The position numbers were made by a program, and so were the translations under genes. The notes under the pieces were generated by a model. The model did not search any database and was not told where the DNA came from. It worked only from the letters and a program-made list of their open reading frames with translations. A DNA stretch of 64,000 nucleotides from a virus (taxonomy: Duplodnaviria; Caudoviricetes): positions 22,048-86,047 of the IMG/VR virus record IMGVR_UViG_3300021431_000103; one strand, given 5' to 3'. The stretch's first letter is position 1; each line of letters opens with the position of its first letter. Positions 9,771 to 20,523 of the stretch are shown in pieces.

Positions 9771-10586
9771 ATGATGGATTTAACAGAAGCAATAGAAGTT
9801 CTAATAGAAAATAATTACATTCTCACAGAAGCCCAAATAGGGAACAAAGACAAAGCATACAAAGCATTGATGAAGTTGGCACACGAAGTTGATGATGCTG
9901 GCTATGAATTGTATGTAGTTGGTGGTGCGGTTAGAGATAAGTTAATGGGAAAGACACCAAATGACTATGATTTGAACACCAACATGCCTGGAGAAGAATT
10001 CCTTGCTTTGTCTGACCCAGGAACAGGTAGAATAAATCACAGAAGAATCAAGGACATCGCCCACATCGTAGTGGATGGTGAAGAATTTGAATGCTGTATA
10101 CTTCGTGAAGGAGATGTGGTTGACCAGCAAAGAAGGAGTGACATTACCATTGGTAGCCTTATATGGAATCCATTGACAAACGAGATAATTGATGCTACTG
10201 GATATGGTAAACAGGACATAAAGAACAAAGTCATCAGGATTACTGATTTTATGAAAGATCAGATGCTTCGTGGTAGACAGATTGAAATTATGTGGAGAGT
10301 GTTCAAGGCATATGCCCAATTTGGTTGGAAAATTGAACCTGAGAGTTTAGATGTCATAAAGAAAATGATAGAATTTAGGGATGGTCAAGTCCATGTGTTT
10401 GATTTGTTGAAAGAAAGAATAATGACTTTGCCACATAAACAGAAAGTTTTTGATTTGTGTAAGGAACTTGGTATATACGAAGATCTATTTGGTAAGAATC
10501 CAAAGAAACTAAGTGATGGTAATAAGGACTGGACAAAGAAAGATGTAACTGATATAAACCTTTACAATTATAGGAAGAACAAATAA
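9771..10586 (+). CDS. Class II nucleotidyltransferase (CCA-adding/poly(A) polymerase-like) with N-terminal leader
   Basis: LYVVGGAVRD..NDYDLNT and RRSDITI motifs; leader MDLTEAIEVLIENNYILTE. Confidence 0.75.
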   Translation: MMDLTEAIEVLIENNYILTEAQIGNKDKAYKALMKLAHEVDDAGYELYVVGGAVRDKLMGKTPNDYDLNTNMPGEEFLALSDPGTGRINHRRIKDIAHIVVDGEEFECCILREGDVVDQQRRSDITIGSLIWNPLTNEIIDATGYGKQDIKNKVIRITDFMKDQMLRGRQIEIMWRVFKAYAQFGWKIEPESLDVIKKMIEFRDGQVHVFDLLKERIMTLPHKQKVFDLCKELGIYEDLFGKNPKKLSDGNKDWTKKDVTDINLYNYRKNK

Positions 10587-13500
10587 TGCCAGTTGGAATT
10601 AAGACAATCGTCAGTGATAGAGCCAAGAACAAAGGTCAAGAAGTCAAAGTCAAGTCATACTATTTTGAAAAAGGTATGAAACCATTGGCAGTAATATATG
10701 GTTGTTTTTCACCATTTACAGGTGCTAATGGACATGGAAGATTGTTAGAAGCAGCAGCAAAGATGGGTATCAAAGATTTCTTGATAGTAATTCCAAGTAA
10801 AGCAGTTACCTATGATGATGACCGTAATATGTTCAACAACAAGCAGAAACTTGAAATAGCAATGAAAGGTGCTAAGGAACTTGGTTACAATGTGGTTGAT
10901 GGTTTTGTAAATTCTACAACAACAGACCCATACAGATTACTTCGTGATATAGCAGAACAATACCCAGATCGTAGAATAGTGTTGGTATGTGGCCCAGATA
11001 GAGCAAAAGACTATAGTAAGTATTGTGTGCCATACAACAAGAATTATGTTGCCTCACTTGATGATGGCGAGAATGTACCTAGCAAATTTGAATACATTGT
11101 TTTGCCTGATAGAGGTTCTACAGAAACATCTGGAACTAAAGTTCGTAAAGCAATTAGAGACAATGATGAAGAAATGTTCAGAACATTGACTGGCTATTCA
11201 CACGAAATGTGGGATTGGTTAAGGAAAATGGCAACTTCAAACAAGGAAAATGCCAATGTTAGTGTAGACTTGAACAAGCAACTAGCACAAGGAGCTAGAA
11301 GAGGTATCAAGCATCTATATAACCCAGGTAATGGTGCTGAACTGGATGCTCTTGGTTTCCTTGAACTGGTTGACGAATTGAACAAGACAGGTGGTATTCT
11401 AGAGAACGAAAAGAACATCAACATTACTGAGAAGGCAGATGGAACTGCATTTGCTTTTGGTATAGATGATGAAGGACAATTCTTTACTATGAAGAGCAAA
11501 GGTGCTCCTAGATACTCAGCTAATGAAATTATACAGAGATGTTTGGCAGGTACCGAGCAAAAACAAGGCAAAGCAATCGTAACTGTTGATGCAATGAATA
11601 CAGCAAAGATGTTCAAGAAACTTGAAATCAATACAAAAATTCAAAAAATCTTGATTGACATCGCAAATAAATATGGTTCTTCAAAAGTCACATCTGAAAT
11701 GATGTTGACTGGTAGTGGAATGATAAACAAGAAAACAAATCAGATTAGATTTGTTGGAACTAATTATGATATTGATAAATTGGGTACATTTGCAACATTG
11801 GTTATCATTAAGGTCACAGATGTTTATGACAATCCTGTTTCAAATGCAAATCAAATTATTGATGAACTTTGTGACTGTTCTACACCAGAATTAAAAATTG
11901 AGAATACAAAATTAGAAAAAGTAAAACCAATTGATATATCTGGACAATTAAAAGTAATCAATAAGGAAATTAAGGACATTGATGATGCTTTAAAAGAACA
12001 ACAAGGACTATCAATCAAAGAAGTTCTTGAATCAAAAGTTATGACAAAAACTGCTAAAGAAATAAAAAGAAATGTAAAAAATAGCATCAATAAGCTACAA
12101 AAAATCCTAAACGATGCATTGGTTGAAGCATTGAAGGAAGTTGGTGGTAAATGGGGAAGTGATTACGAAGGACGAGTTTTCCAATTTGGAAATGGCCAGA
12201 TGGTAAAAATTACTACAGATAAATTTAAGGAATTCAAAGCACAACATACAATGGATTTCCTTGACAACAAGTCTAAACCATTTACTGGAAATTGGAATAG
12301 AGAATTGGATTCTATTAAAGAGAGTAAAAAGATGAAAAATTTTATGGATTATCTCATTGAACAGACAAATCCTTCATTGAATGAAAGATTTGAAGGTGAC
12401 ATGCTTGTAATGTACAATTCTTCAAAGGACGAATCATTTGAAAGATTTTTCTTTGATAAGTCATTGAGATTTGCCAACAATGCAGGAAATATGTATGGCC
12501 TTGGAATTTATACTGTTCTTGAACTACCAAAAGATTCTGGAACATCATTCTCAGACAAAGTGAGAAATAACTTGTATGGCACCTATATTTACGAATTGAA
12601 AGCCCCAAGTGATAGATTCTTCTATTTCCTTTATGACTATTTTGTAAAATCTGCTTTGTATTCAAAACTTGGTTCACCATCTGAAAAGGACTATATCAAA
12701 AAACAGTTTGAGTATTTTAAGATTGATATGCCAACAGATGAAGAATTGGAAACAATGACACCAAGTGAAACTATCAATCCAAGTAAAGCAGCATACCACT
12801 TCTATAAGTATATGCATAACATCTATTACCAGAGAAAAGATGGTACATTGAATTGTCCTATAACTGGTTTCGTATATTTTGGAAAGAACGATGGTTATGT
12901 AGGTGTGGTCTGGTCGCCATACAGATGTAAATTGACAAGGAAACTTGTTGATGGAAAATGGGAGAAAATCAAGGATTACACATCTGACGAAACAGAAGAA
13001 GATGACATTGAATCAAGAATTTTTGATGGACATAAGACAGAAGAAAAAGAAAAGATTTATAGACTATTACAAGCATACCGTGGTGAGAATGTGCCTATAG
13101 GAAATATAGTGAACATCAAGATACACGATGATAAGACAATAGATTTTACATTCAAAGCCAATAATCCACAGGCAGATGGCTATAGACACTGTTACTTGAT
13201 AATTGACAATCCATATATGGATAAGATTTTGAGCTTGGGTTATAGAATTGGTACACTTGATGGCTGGGTTAAGATGGGTGATTCTACACAAGCCAAAGAA
13301 ACGAAAATGTATTTGCCAAGTGAAGCACCAAAAGAGAAATTACCAATGAGAGTAACTGAAGGAATCTATTTAACTGGTATGCCAGTAACAGATAAAGAGA
13401 TTAAAGCTTGTAAGAGAATCAATGTTGGTAATGGTTCGTTGGTAATTAGGAAGTCCGAAATCTTTACTGATGATCTTGGATTTGACAATGTAGAATTGAA

Positions 13501-13741
13501 AGATTGCATCATTGCAGACGATTGTTACGATACCATTGTTGATAAATACAAATGTGTAGATGATAAAGGAGAACTTAGAGTTGAAAAGAAATCTGACTAT
13601 GATGCAAAGATAGCTGCTAAAGAAGCCGCAAAGAAAGCAAAAGAAGAAGAAAAGAATAGAAAAGCAGAAGAAAAAGCTAGAAAGGCGGCAGAAAGAGAAG
13701 CTAAAAGACTAGAGAAAGAAACAAAGAAGAAGGGTAAGTAA
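10586..13741 (+). CDS. 1051-aa multidomain protein: cytidylyltransferase-like, KxDG nucleotidyltransferase-like, and PARP/ART-like segments
   Basis: GCFSPFTGANGH and LVCGPDR; NITEKADG; GNMYGLGIYT after an internal leader-like MKNFMDYLIE; Lys/Glu-rich tail. Confidence 0.5.
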   Translation: MPVGIKTIVSDRAKNKGQEVKVKSYYFEKGMKPLAVIYGCFSPFTGANGHGRLLEAAAKMGIKDFLIVIPSKAVTYDDDRNMFNNKQKLEIAMKGAKELGYNVVDGFVNSTTTDPYRLLRDIAEQYPDRRIVLVCGPDRAKDYSKYCVPYNKNYVASLDDGENVPSKFEYIVLPDRGSTETSGTKVRKAIRDNDEEMFRTLTGYSHEMWDWLRKMATSNKENANVSVDLNKQLAQGARRGIKHLYNPGNGAELDALGFLELVDELNKTGGILENEKNINITEKADGTAFAFGIDDEGQFFTMKSKGAPRYSANEIIQRCLAGTEQKQGKAIVTVDAMNTAKMFKKLEINTKIQKILIDIANKYGSSKVTSEMMLTGSGMINKKTNQIRFVGTNYDIDKLGTFATLVIIKVTDVYDNPVSNANQIIDELCDCSTPELKIENTKLEKVKPIDISGQLKVINKEIKDIDDALKEQQGLSIKEVLESKVMTKTAKEIKRNVKNSINKLQKILNDALVEALKEVGGKWGSDYEGRVFQFGNGQMVKITTDKFKEFKAQHTMDFLDNKSKPFTGNWNRELDSIKESKKMKNFMDYLIEQTNPSLNERFEGDMLVMYNSSKDESFERFFFDKSLRFANNAGNMYGLGIYTVLELPKDSGTSFSDKVRNNLYGTYIYELKAPSDRFFYFLYDYFVKSALYSKLGSPSEKDYIKKQFEYFKIDMPTDEELETMTPSETINPSKAAYHFYKYMHNIYYQRKDGTLNCPITGFVYFGKNDGYVGVVWSPYRCKLTRKLVDGKWEKIKDYTSDETEEDDIESRIFDGHKTEEKEKIYRLLQAYRGENVPIGNIVNIKIHDDKTIDFTFKANNPQADGYRHCYLIIDNPYMDKILSLGYRIGTLDGWVKMGDSTQAKETKMYLPSEAPKEKLPMRVTEGIYLTGMPVTDKEIKACKRINVGNGSLVIRKSEIFTDDLGFDNVELKDCIIADDCYDTIVDKYKCVDDKGELRVEKKSDYDAKIAAKEAAKKAKEEEKNRKAEEKARKAAEREAKRLEKETKKKGK

Positions 13742-13742
13742 T

Positions 13743-15425
13743 ATGATTGGAAAATTTACAGAATGGCTACTTGAGAATACTGATTTGTTGAATGAAAAAA
13801 TCTGTTCTGGTGCAGGAACATGGCCTATAATAGAATTAAAAGATATAGGTATAGAAGTAACTGATGTTGAATTAAAAAAAGCAATAGCATTTATAATCAA
13901 TAATATACCTAAAAATAAAGTACAATTTATTAAATTAAATCCAAATAATACAACTGTAAATGAAATTTATATAGCTGTTGATGCAAATAAAAGATCAACT
14001 ACACATGAAGATAGAAAAAAATTATATGAAATCTTTTTTGAAAACACGGGTATAAAAGAAGATTCAGATGAAAAAAGTTTTTTATTTAAGGGTTGTAAAT
14101 ATATTTCATTAGATAAAAATTTCCTTGAAAAATTGGATTATCAAATAGAATTTGAAGGAAAACTAAAACAATATGGAAATAATTTAAAAGATGTTATAAC
14201 TGGTGACCAAAATTCATCAGTTAATTTTGGTAGTTATTATATAAAAAATGGAATTATCTATATTGACAATATATTCAAATTCAAATTTGAGCCAAGTGGA
14301 ATGGCAGTTAATTCTGATTATATAAAAAGCACAATAAAATATGCAAATGTATTATTAGATAAATTAGAAAATAAAACAATTAGCACGGTTGAAATAGATA
14401 ATTTAAGAAAAACTATATTAAATAACATTAAATCTATAAAAGCACCAAATATAGAATATGAAATTTATGAAAAATTATTAGGTAAATATAATTCTAGTGT
14501 TAATACTTCAGATTTTTATACAGAAAAGTATAAATTATCTAATGGAAAAACTCTTGGAGAAACATTATATAATTCTGATATAATGACCGTAGCAAGTGAA
14601 ATTTTAATACCTTATATGTTATTAGCTGGTGTTAAAACTATTGACGGTAGTGATATAATCAAAGCATTTGCTGGTGATTCTAAAAATAAAACAGTTCAAG
14701 CAATTAAATACCCAGAATCAAATACTAATTTCTTTGCTGATTATTCTGTAGTATTCGTTAAAGATAATAAAACTAATGATATAGAAGAATATAAAGTATC
14801 TTCAAAAACTGGTGCAGGTAATGCTATGAGTTTATATACTTTATATCGTAAACATCCAGAACAATTTGAAGGAGCAAAAGGTTTACTTAAGGAAATAATT
14901 AATTATTGTAAAAATAAAAAACTTATAATAAGCAAATTTGTATGGATTGCTGGTGCTATAGCAAAAGGAATGTCATATGAACAAATTGATAAATTATTAG
15001 AAATTCATGATAAACTTATTGAAGAATTACCTAAAAAATATATATTTGAAGAATTAAATAAATTAGGTATAAAAGGAAAAGAATTACCTTATCCATATTC
15101 ATTAACAGACTATTTTAATAAAATAGCATGTGATGAATTAAATAAAGATAAAGCCGCAAAAGATATAGTATTAAAAATTATTTTTGGTAATGAAGAAAAT
15201 GTACAAATATACATTACACCAATGGCTAAAAATTTTAATATAAAAATAGTAAGTAATAAAAAAGAAAAAAGACCTACATTAACATTCAAGAAAGGTTCTT
15301 CAAGTCCAGGAACTGATAAATTCAAAAATAAAAAATCATTAGAAGACATTGGATTGGTTGCTTTGAATAATCAATTAAAATATGCTAACGCTAATGGTTC
15401 AATGTTAGGATTACAATTTGAATAA
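13743..15425 (+). CDS. Hypothetical 560-aa protein, possible PD-(D/E)xK nuclease with capsid-targeting-like leader
   Basis: FFADYSV..YKVSSKTG motif; very AT-rich; directly abuts a methyltransferase gene. Confidence 0.35.
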   Translation: MIGKFTEWLLENTDLLNEKICSGAGTWPIIELKDIGIEVTDVELKKAIAFIINNIPKNKVQFIKLNPNNTTVNEIYIAVDANKRSTTHEDRKKLYEIFFENTGIKEDSDEKSFLFKGCKYISLDKNFLEKLDYQIEFEGKLKQYGNNLKDVITGDQNSSVNFGSYYIKNGIIYIDNIFKFKFEPSGMAVNSDYIKSTIKYANVLLDKLENKTISTVEIDNLRKTILNNIKSIKAPNIEYEIYEKLLGKYNSSVNTSDFYTEKYKLSNGKTLGETLYNSDIMTVASEILIPYMLLAGVKTIDGSDIIKAFAGDSKNKTVQAIKYPESNTNFFADYSVVFVKDNKTNDIEEYKVSSKTGAGNAMSLYTLYRKHPEQFEGAKGLLKEIINYCKNKKLIISKFVWIAGAIAKGMSYEQIDKLLEIHDKLIEELPKKYIFEELNKLGIKGKELPYPYSLTDYFNKIACDELNKDKAAKDIVLKIIFGNEENVQIYITPMAKNFNIKIVSNKKEKRPTLTFKKGSSSPGTDKFKNKKSLEDIGLVALNNQLKYANANGSMLGLQFE

Positions 15426-16298
15426 ATGCTCTTAGATAAATTTTATACTTCAAAAGATATTTCAAAGAAGTGTGTAGATTTGCTACACACTTTCTTAACA
15501 GTCTCATCAACAGACATATATCTTGAACCAACGGCAGGTAATGGAGCATTTCTTGATTACTTGACCAATTACGAAGCATACGATTTGAAACCTGAAGATG
15601 ATAGAATCAAGGAACAAGATATATTCACATTTGTACCAAATAGAACAGACTACATAACGATTGGTAATCTACCATTCGGTAAGAGGTCAAAGCTTGCAAT
15701 TGATGTATTCAACACTGTTTCTAAGTATTCAAATGTAATTGCTTTTGTTGTACCTATATCGTTCTTGAAATACAATGTACAGAAACAGTTAGACAGCGAT
15801 TTCAAGTTGATTCATAATTGGAAATTACCAAAGAAATCTTTTCTCGTAAAGAACAAACCATACGATGTGAACTGTGTATTTCAAATTTGGGTAAAGAAAA
15901 ATTGTAAGTATGATATACATCCTGATATTCGTCTAACAAGAAAGCCAAGTATGAAATGTGATGATTTTAAGATATGGCAATACAATGCGACAGATTCACA
16001 ATTCAAAAATGTAGAACAGGATTGGGAGATGGAGATAGCGGTATATCGTCAAGGATATAAGGACTACAGTAAGAAGTTTACACAGGCCGACAAAGATCAA
16101 GTGATAGCAGAAATGAATGGAAGTTCAACAGGAACTAAAGTTCAATTTTTCTTCATAAAGCCATTGAATGATACTGCTAAATCAATAATATATAATATGG
16201 ATTTTAAAAAATTAGCTTGTAGAAATACTAGCATACCAGGTTTTGGAAAAGCCGATTTTGTTGATTATTATAATGAATTAAAAGAAGATCAAAAATAA
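15426..16298 (+). CDS. DNA adenine methyltransferase
   Basis: DKFYT, LEPTAGNGAF (motif I), IGNLPFG (motif IV variant). Confidence 0.8.
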   Translation: MLLDKFYTSKDISKKCVDLLHTFLTVSSTDIYLEPTAGNGAFLDYLTNYEAYDLKPEDDRIKEQDIFTFVPNRTDYITIGNLPFGKRSKLAIDVFNTVSKYSNVIAFVVPISFLKYNVQKQLDSDFKLIHNWKLPKKSFLVKNKPYDVNCVFQIWVKKNCKYDIHPDIRLTRKPSMKCDDFKIWQYNATDSQFKNVEQDWEMEIAVYRQGYKDYSKKFTQADKDQVIAEMNGSSTGTKVQFFFIKPLNDTAKSIIYNMDFKKLACRNTSIPGFGKADFVDYYNELKEDQK

Positions 16299-16362
16299 AA
16301 ATTAATTTGTAACAAAACTATTGAATTTTTATATTTTTGAACATTATTTGTGAGGTGAAATT

Positions 16363-17142
16363 ATGATTAAACCAGACATACACATTGAATTGTGGAATGC
16401 TTTTAACGATATAAGTTTTAATGAACCAGACCATAAGTATACAGATTCTAAAGGTACTGAATATAGTTCTGCTACAGGTTGGATTAAGCAATTTGAACCA
16501 GATACAGACTGGACAGAAATCAAAGCAAGAAAAGCTGCCAAAGAAGGTATCACAGTAGATGAACTAACGAAGCAATGGGATAGAAAAAGCAACTATGCCA
16601 CCAATCTCGGTACACAGGTTCACTCTGTAATGGAATACCGGTTGGCAAAAGAAGAATTACAATTTTGATAAGAGATTGAATGAACAATTTCCTGAGATGG
16701 AAGAAGATTTCAATTATAGGAAAACTGTATGTAAACAAATCTTTGACAAGATGAAAAAGATTTATGTTCCAATAGCAAATGAATTTATTGTATATGACCA
16801 GGAAAATGCTATATGCCGGAACGATAGATATGATCCGGTTACAATACTAAAAAAGATTGCTATTCCATAATTGACTGGAAAACAAGCAAGAAATTTGATA
16901 CTGGCAACCAATACTCAAAATATATGAAAGATCCATTTGGTCATGTGGTGGCTTGTAACACAAGTGAATACTCACTTCAGCTTTCTCTCTACAAATACAT
17001 TCTAGAAAAATATACATCAATACGCATTGGTGAATTGGTATTGTTCCAAATTCCTGGTAAAGAGAATCCAATGCCACAAGTCTACAGATGCATGGATTTT
17101 TCTAGTCAGATTAAAGAATTCTTTGAAAAGAAAGTTCAATAA
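16363..17142 (+). CDS. PD-(D/E)xK exonuclease, three +1 shifts at CGG 16639, 16817, 16836; 258 aa
   Basis: Repair gives LGTQVHSVMEY-G-WQ and NEFIVYD..IC-G-TIDMI-G-YN..IIDWKT..YSLQLSLY. Confidence 0.85.
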
Positions 17143-17204
17143 TAACAAATAGACAATCAAAAATCTATTGTATTTTAAGCCATTGTTTTTATAATTAGTG
17201 GCAT

Positions 17205-17594
17205 ATGGAAATACAGTGCTATACAAAAGATAAGACAGAAACTTCGTTTAATAAGTTCTATATCCCAGATGACTTGAGCAATGTTCAAGTAAATCTTCAA
17301 TTGAATGATGGAAAAAACAGTTCAAGTGGATTGGGTAACATCAATTTTACTTGGGATGTTGATATATCTCAACTTAAATCAGATTACTGTGGCGAATACT
17401 TACCATCTAAATCTGAATACTTGAATTTTTACGAGATTGCTTATGTCACAGTAAACAATAAAGACAAGTTCGTAATCAAGAAAGAACAAGATGCTTATGA
17501 TTTGTATAAGTATTTTACTGGCATTGACCTCAATCTATATTTGAAACAGTTCAGAACATTGGATAAGACAAACACCATAAAGGATGATTTTTAA
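17205..17594 (+). CDS. Hypothetical protein, C-terminal DF
   Basis: 129-aa ORF with ATG; ends TIKDDF. Confidence 0.6.
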   Translation: MEIQCYTKDKTETSFNKFYIPDDLSNVQVNLQLNDGKNSSSGLGNINFTWDVDISQLKSDYCGEYLPSKSEYLNFYEIAYVTVNNKDKFVIKKEQDAYDLYKYFTGIDLNLYLKQFRTLDKTNTIKDDF

Positions 17595-17596
17595 TA

Positions 17597-18016
17597 ATGA
17601 AGGATTGTAAGTTCTTATTGCCATTCGTTGAAGAACTGAAGAAACTGTACCCAGATCATAATATAGAATGGGTTAGGAATGACTACAATACTGAATACGA
17701 AGAAATCAAGATAGATGGTGTAACATACCTTAACACAGATATAGGTTATGGAGATGCCATTGGTGATTTTGGTGAGAAGACTTTCCATGCCAATATAGTA
17801 GTTCATTTTTCAAATGTTAAAACTGAATATGATTTTGATGGTCTTCATATAGAAGATCCATACAATAACAAAGTACCACCAGTTTTCATAGGTATATTTG
17901 GTAGACATGATTGTCTACACAGGATTTTTGAATTCCTATTGTGCGAAGACCCAGAAATAATAAAGAAGGAAATGTCTAATCTGGTGAACATTGACAGATT
18001 GAATGGTGATTTTTAA
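17597..18016 (+). CDS. Hypothetical protein, C-terminal DF
   Basis: 139-aa ORF; ends RLNGDF. Confidence 0.6.
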   Translation: MKDCKFLLPFVEELKKLYPDHNIEWVRNDYNTEYEEIKIDGVTYLNTDIGYGDAIGDFGEKTFHANIVVHFSNVKTEYDFDGLHIEDPYNNKVPPVFIGIFGRHDCLHRIFEFLLCEDPEIIKKEMSNLVNIDRLNGDF

Positions 18017-18089
18017 AGTTTAAAAAGTATCATTTGTATCATTTAAAAGGTATTTGATTTATAAGGAAATTTAATATATTTGTTGTAAT

Positions 18090-18980
18090 ATGATTGATGA
18101 TTTTATAGATATAGAGAAAGAACAAGAGAAGCAAAAGGTATTGTTGATTGATCTGCATAATCTGTGTATGCGACATTTGTTTGCTCAGATTCCAGATCCA
18201 ACAGATGTCAGTTATACAGAATACAAGACCGGTATGCTAATGAGCATCCGAAAACTGGTGAGAACATTCAAACCAGATAGAATGATTTTCTGTAAGGAAT
18301 CGTTGGATGGAAATTGGCGTAAATCTATCTATCCAGATTACAAAGCAAATAGGGCATCTGAGAGAGCTTCATCTGTAGTGGATTTTGATAAGTTCTTTAA
18401 AATCAACAAGGAATTTTTGAGTGGACTTGAGAAGTGCATGAAAAATGCACAATTCTTGACCATACCACATCTAGAAGCAGACGATTTAATTGCTTTGACT
18501 GTAATGAATGAATCCAATTGGGATATAACATTGGTATCTACAGACAAAGATTTTTACCAACTTCACGCTTATAAGAACTTCCGCCAATGGAATCCAATCA
18601 AGGAAGAATACATACAAATTTTGAATCCTGAAGCAGCATTGATGGAGAAGATTGTCCGTGGTGATAAGAGTGACAACATTCCATCATTGAAGAAAGGTGT
18701 TGGTACAAAAACCTTCGCAAAGATTTATCAGAATGGATTGAATGAATGGATTTCAATGAATATGCTACAGGAACAGTTTGACAGGAATACAAAACTTGTT
18801 TCGTTTAGATGCATACCAGAAGAATTCAAGATGCAAGTAAAGAATACAATAGAAGATTTTGAACAACATCCATTTGATTCTAGAGAATTTTTCAATTTTA
18901 TAATTGCTGAAGGAATAGGATCATTTATGTCACAAGCAACAGAATTTATAAACTACATGAATAACAAGGAGACCAAATAA
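18090..18980 (+). CDS. rnh: 5'-3' exonuclease / T4 RNase H-like flap nuclease
   Basis: LLIDLHN, WRKSIYPDYKANR, LEADDLIA, STDKDFYQL, GDKSDNIP. Confidence 0.9.
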   Translation: MIDDFIDIEKEQEKQKVLLIDLHNLCMRHLFAQIPDPTDVSYTEYKTGMLMSIRKLVRTFKPDRMIFCKESLDGNWRKSIYPDYKANRASERASSVVDFDKFFKINKEFLSGLEKCMKNAQFLTIPHLEADDLIALTVMNESNWDITLVSTDKDFYQLHAYKNFRQWNPIKEEYIQILNPEAALMEKIVRGDKSDNIPSLKKGVGTKTFAKIYQNGLNEWISMNMLQEQFDRNTKLVSFRCIPEEFKMQVKNTIEDFEQHPFDSREFFNFIIAEGIGSFMSQATEFINYMNNKETK

Positions 18981-18981
18981 T

Positions 18982-20085
18982 ATGGCATACTACTACACAA
19001 AGTCCAACATTAAGATGACCAACCTCACAATCGTTTACAATATGGGCGGCTTGTTTGACCAGGAAGGACAACATGGAATTTCACATCTAATGGAACATTT
19101 GGTCTGTAAAACATTCAAGGACGAATATAGCGAACTACAGAAATACAACATTGACTGGAACGCAATTACATCTAGTGACTATGTGAAGATCTATTTTACC
19201 GGAATGGAAAAGTATTTTACTGCAGATTGGAAACGCAGACTTGTAAAGAAGATTTTGGGTGGTATCAACATTCCAAAGGAAGAATTCGAAGCAGAAAAAC
19301 TTGTTGTGCTTCAAGAATATGGTGATACATTCAATGACCCTGCCAATGCAGAAAATACAATGAGAAAGTATTATGGTTATTACAATGCCATTGGTAAGAA
19401 AGAAGACATTGAAAAGTTTACATACAAGGACATGACTGCATACTACAACAAGTTCATGAAGAAACCTTCAAAGATTATTGAAATTGGTCCTTCAAAGACA
19501 GATTTTTCAAAAATTCCAATGAATGAAAATTTTGTAGTCCAGCCACAGAAGCCAAAGTTCAAGAAGAATTGGAAACTGGAACTTGAACCAGCACCAGAGA
19601 ATCAAAAGAGCGATGTAAACTTCATTGGTAAGAAGGCCATTAGTAAGAGCGATTATCCTGCTATGGCTATTGCTATGAATATGCTGTTTAATGGTCTTGA
19701 ATCACCTGTATCATCTGACATCCGTGAGAAGCAACATTTGACTTATGGTGTTGGTTATGGCACTATCAAGTTTATTACTTATGGTTATCTCACCTTTGGT
19801 GCTTCTACTGACAAGGAAAACAAGGACAAGTTAATTGATGGTTTCAAGAAATTCACTGACAATGTTGAAAAGTATTTGAAGAAGAATCGTTATAAGGATA
19901 CCATTTGTCAGATTGAAGTTGATAGAGAACATCGTAAGATTTTCAAATATACTGATGTAGATAAGATTATCAACAAGGGCAGATTACAGATTGGTAATGC
20001 TTACAAGAAAATGACTTTTGAAAAAGTAGTGGAAACAGCAAAGAAGTATTTTACTACAGATAATTTTGAAATCATTGTTGAATAA
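18982..20085 (+). CDS. M16 family Zn peptidase
   Basis: Inverted zincin motif HGISHLMEH, WNAIT, and IREKQHLTY. Confidence 0.85.
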   Translation: MAYYYTKSNIKMTNLTIVYNMGGLFDQEGQHGISHLMEHLVCKTFKDEYSELQKYNIDWNAITSSDYVKIYFTGMEKYFTADWKRRLVKKILGGINIPKEEFEAEKLVVLQEYGDTFNDPANAENTMRKYYGYYNAIGKKEDIEKFTYKDMTAYYNKFMKKPSKIIEIGPSKTDFSKIPMNENFVVQPQKPKFKKNWKLELEPAPENQKSDVNFIGKKAISKSDYPAMAIAMNMLFNGLESPVSSDIREKQHLTYGVGYGTIKFITYGYLTFGASTDKENKDKLIDGFKKFTDNVEKYLKKNRYKDTICQIEVDREHRKIFKYTDVDKIINKGRLQIGNAYKKMTFEKVVETAKKYFTTDNFEIIVE

Positions 20086-20088
20086 TAT

Positions 20089-20523
20089 ATGGCAAAAACA
20101 ATTACGATACAATACCTAAATGATAGTGTAACAAGACTTAAAAAGATTGAGAAAGGTGACTGGATTGATCTTTATGCAGCACATGATTACATTATCAAGA
20201 AAGGAGATTTTTGTTTAATCCATTTGGGTGTTGCTATGAAACTTCCAAGTGGATATGAAGCACATCTTGCTCCTAGAAGTTCAACATATTCTAAGTTTGG
20301 TATAATACAAGCAAATCATATGGGTATCATAGACAATAGTTACTGTGGGCCTAGTGATTGGTGGTATTTTCCTGCGATTGCTCTTGAAAAAGATGTAGAA
20401 ATTAAAAAGGGCGATAAGATATGCCAATTTAGAATTATGGAAAAACAACCAGAACTTAAGTTTGTAGAAGGAAAAATGACAGATATAAATAGAGGTGGTT
20501 TTGGTTCTACAGGAAAAAGATGA
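20089..20523 (+). CDS. dut: Trimeric dUTPase
   Basis: [28 protein letters not shown]. Confidence 0.95.
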   Translation: MAKTITIQYLNDSVTRLKKIEKGDWIDLYAAHDYIIKKGDFCLIHLGVAMKLPSGYEAHLAPRSSTYSKFGIIQANHMGIIDNSYCGPSDWWYFPAIALEKDVEIKKGDKICQFRIMEKQPELKFVEGKMTDINRGGFGSTGKR

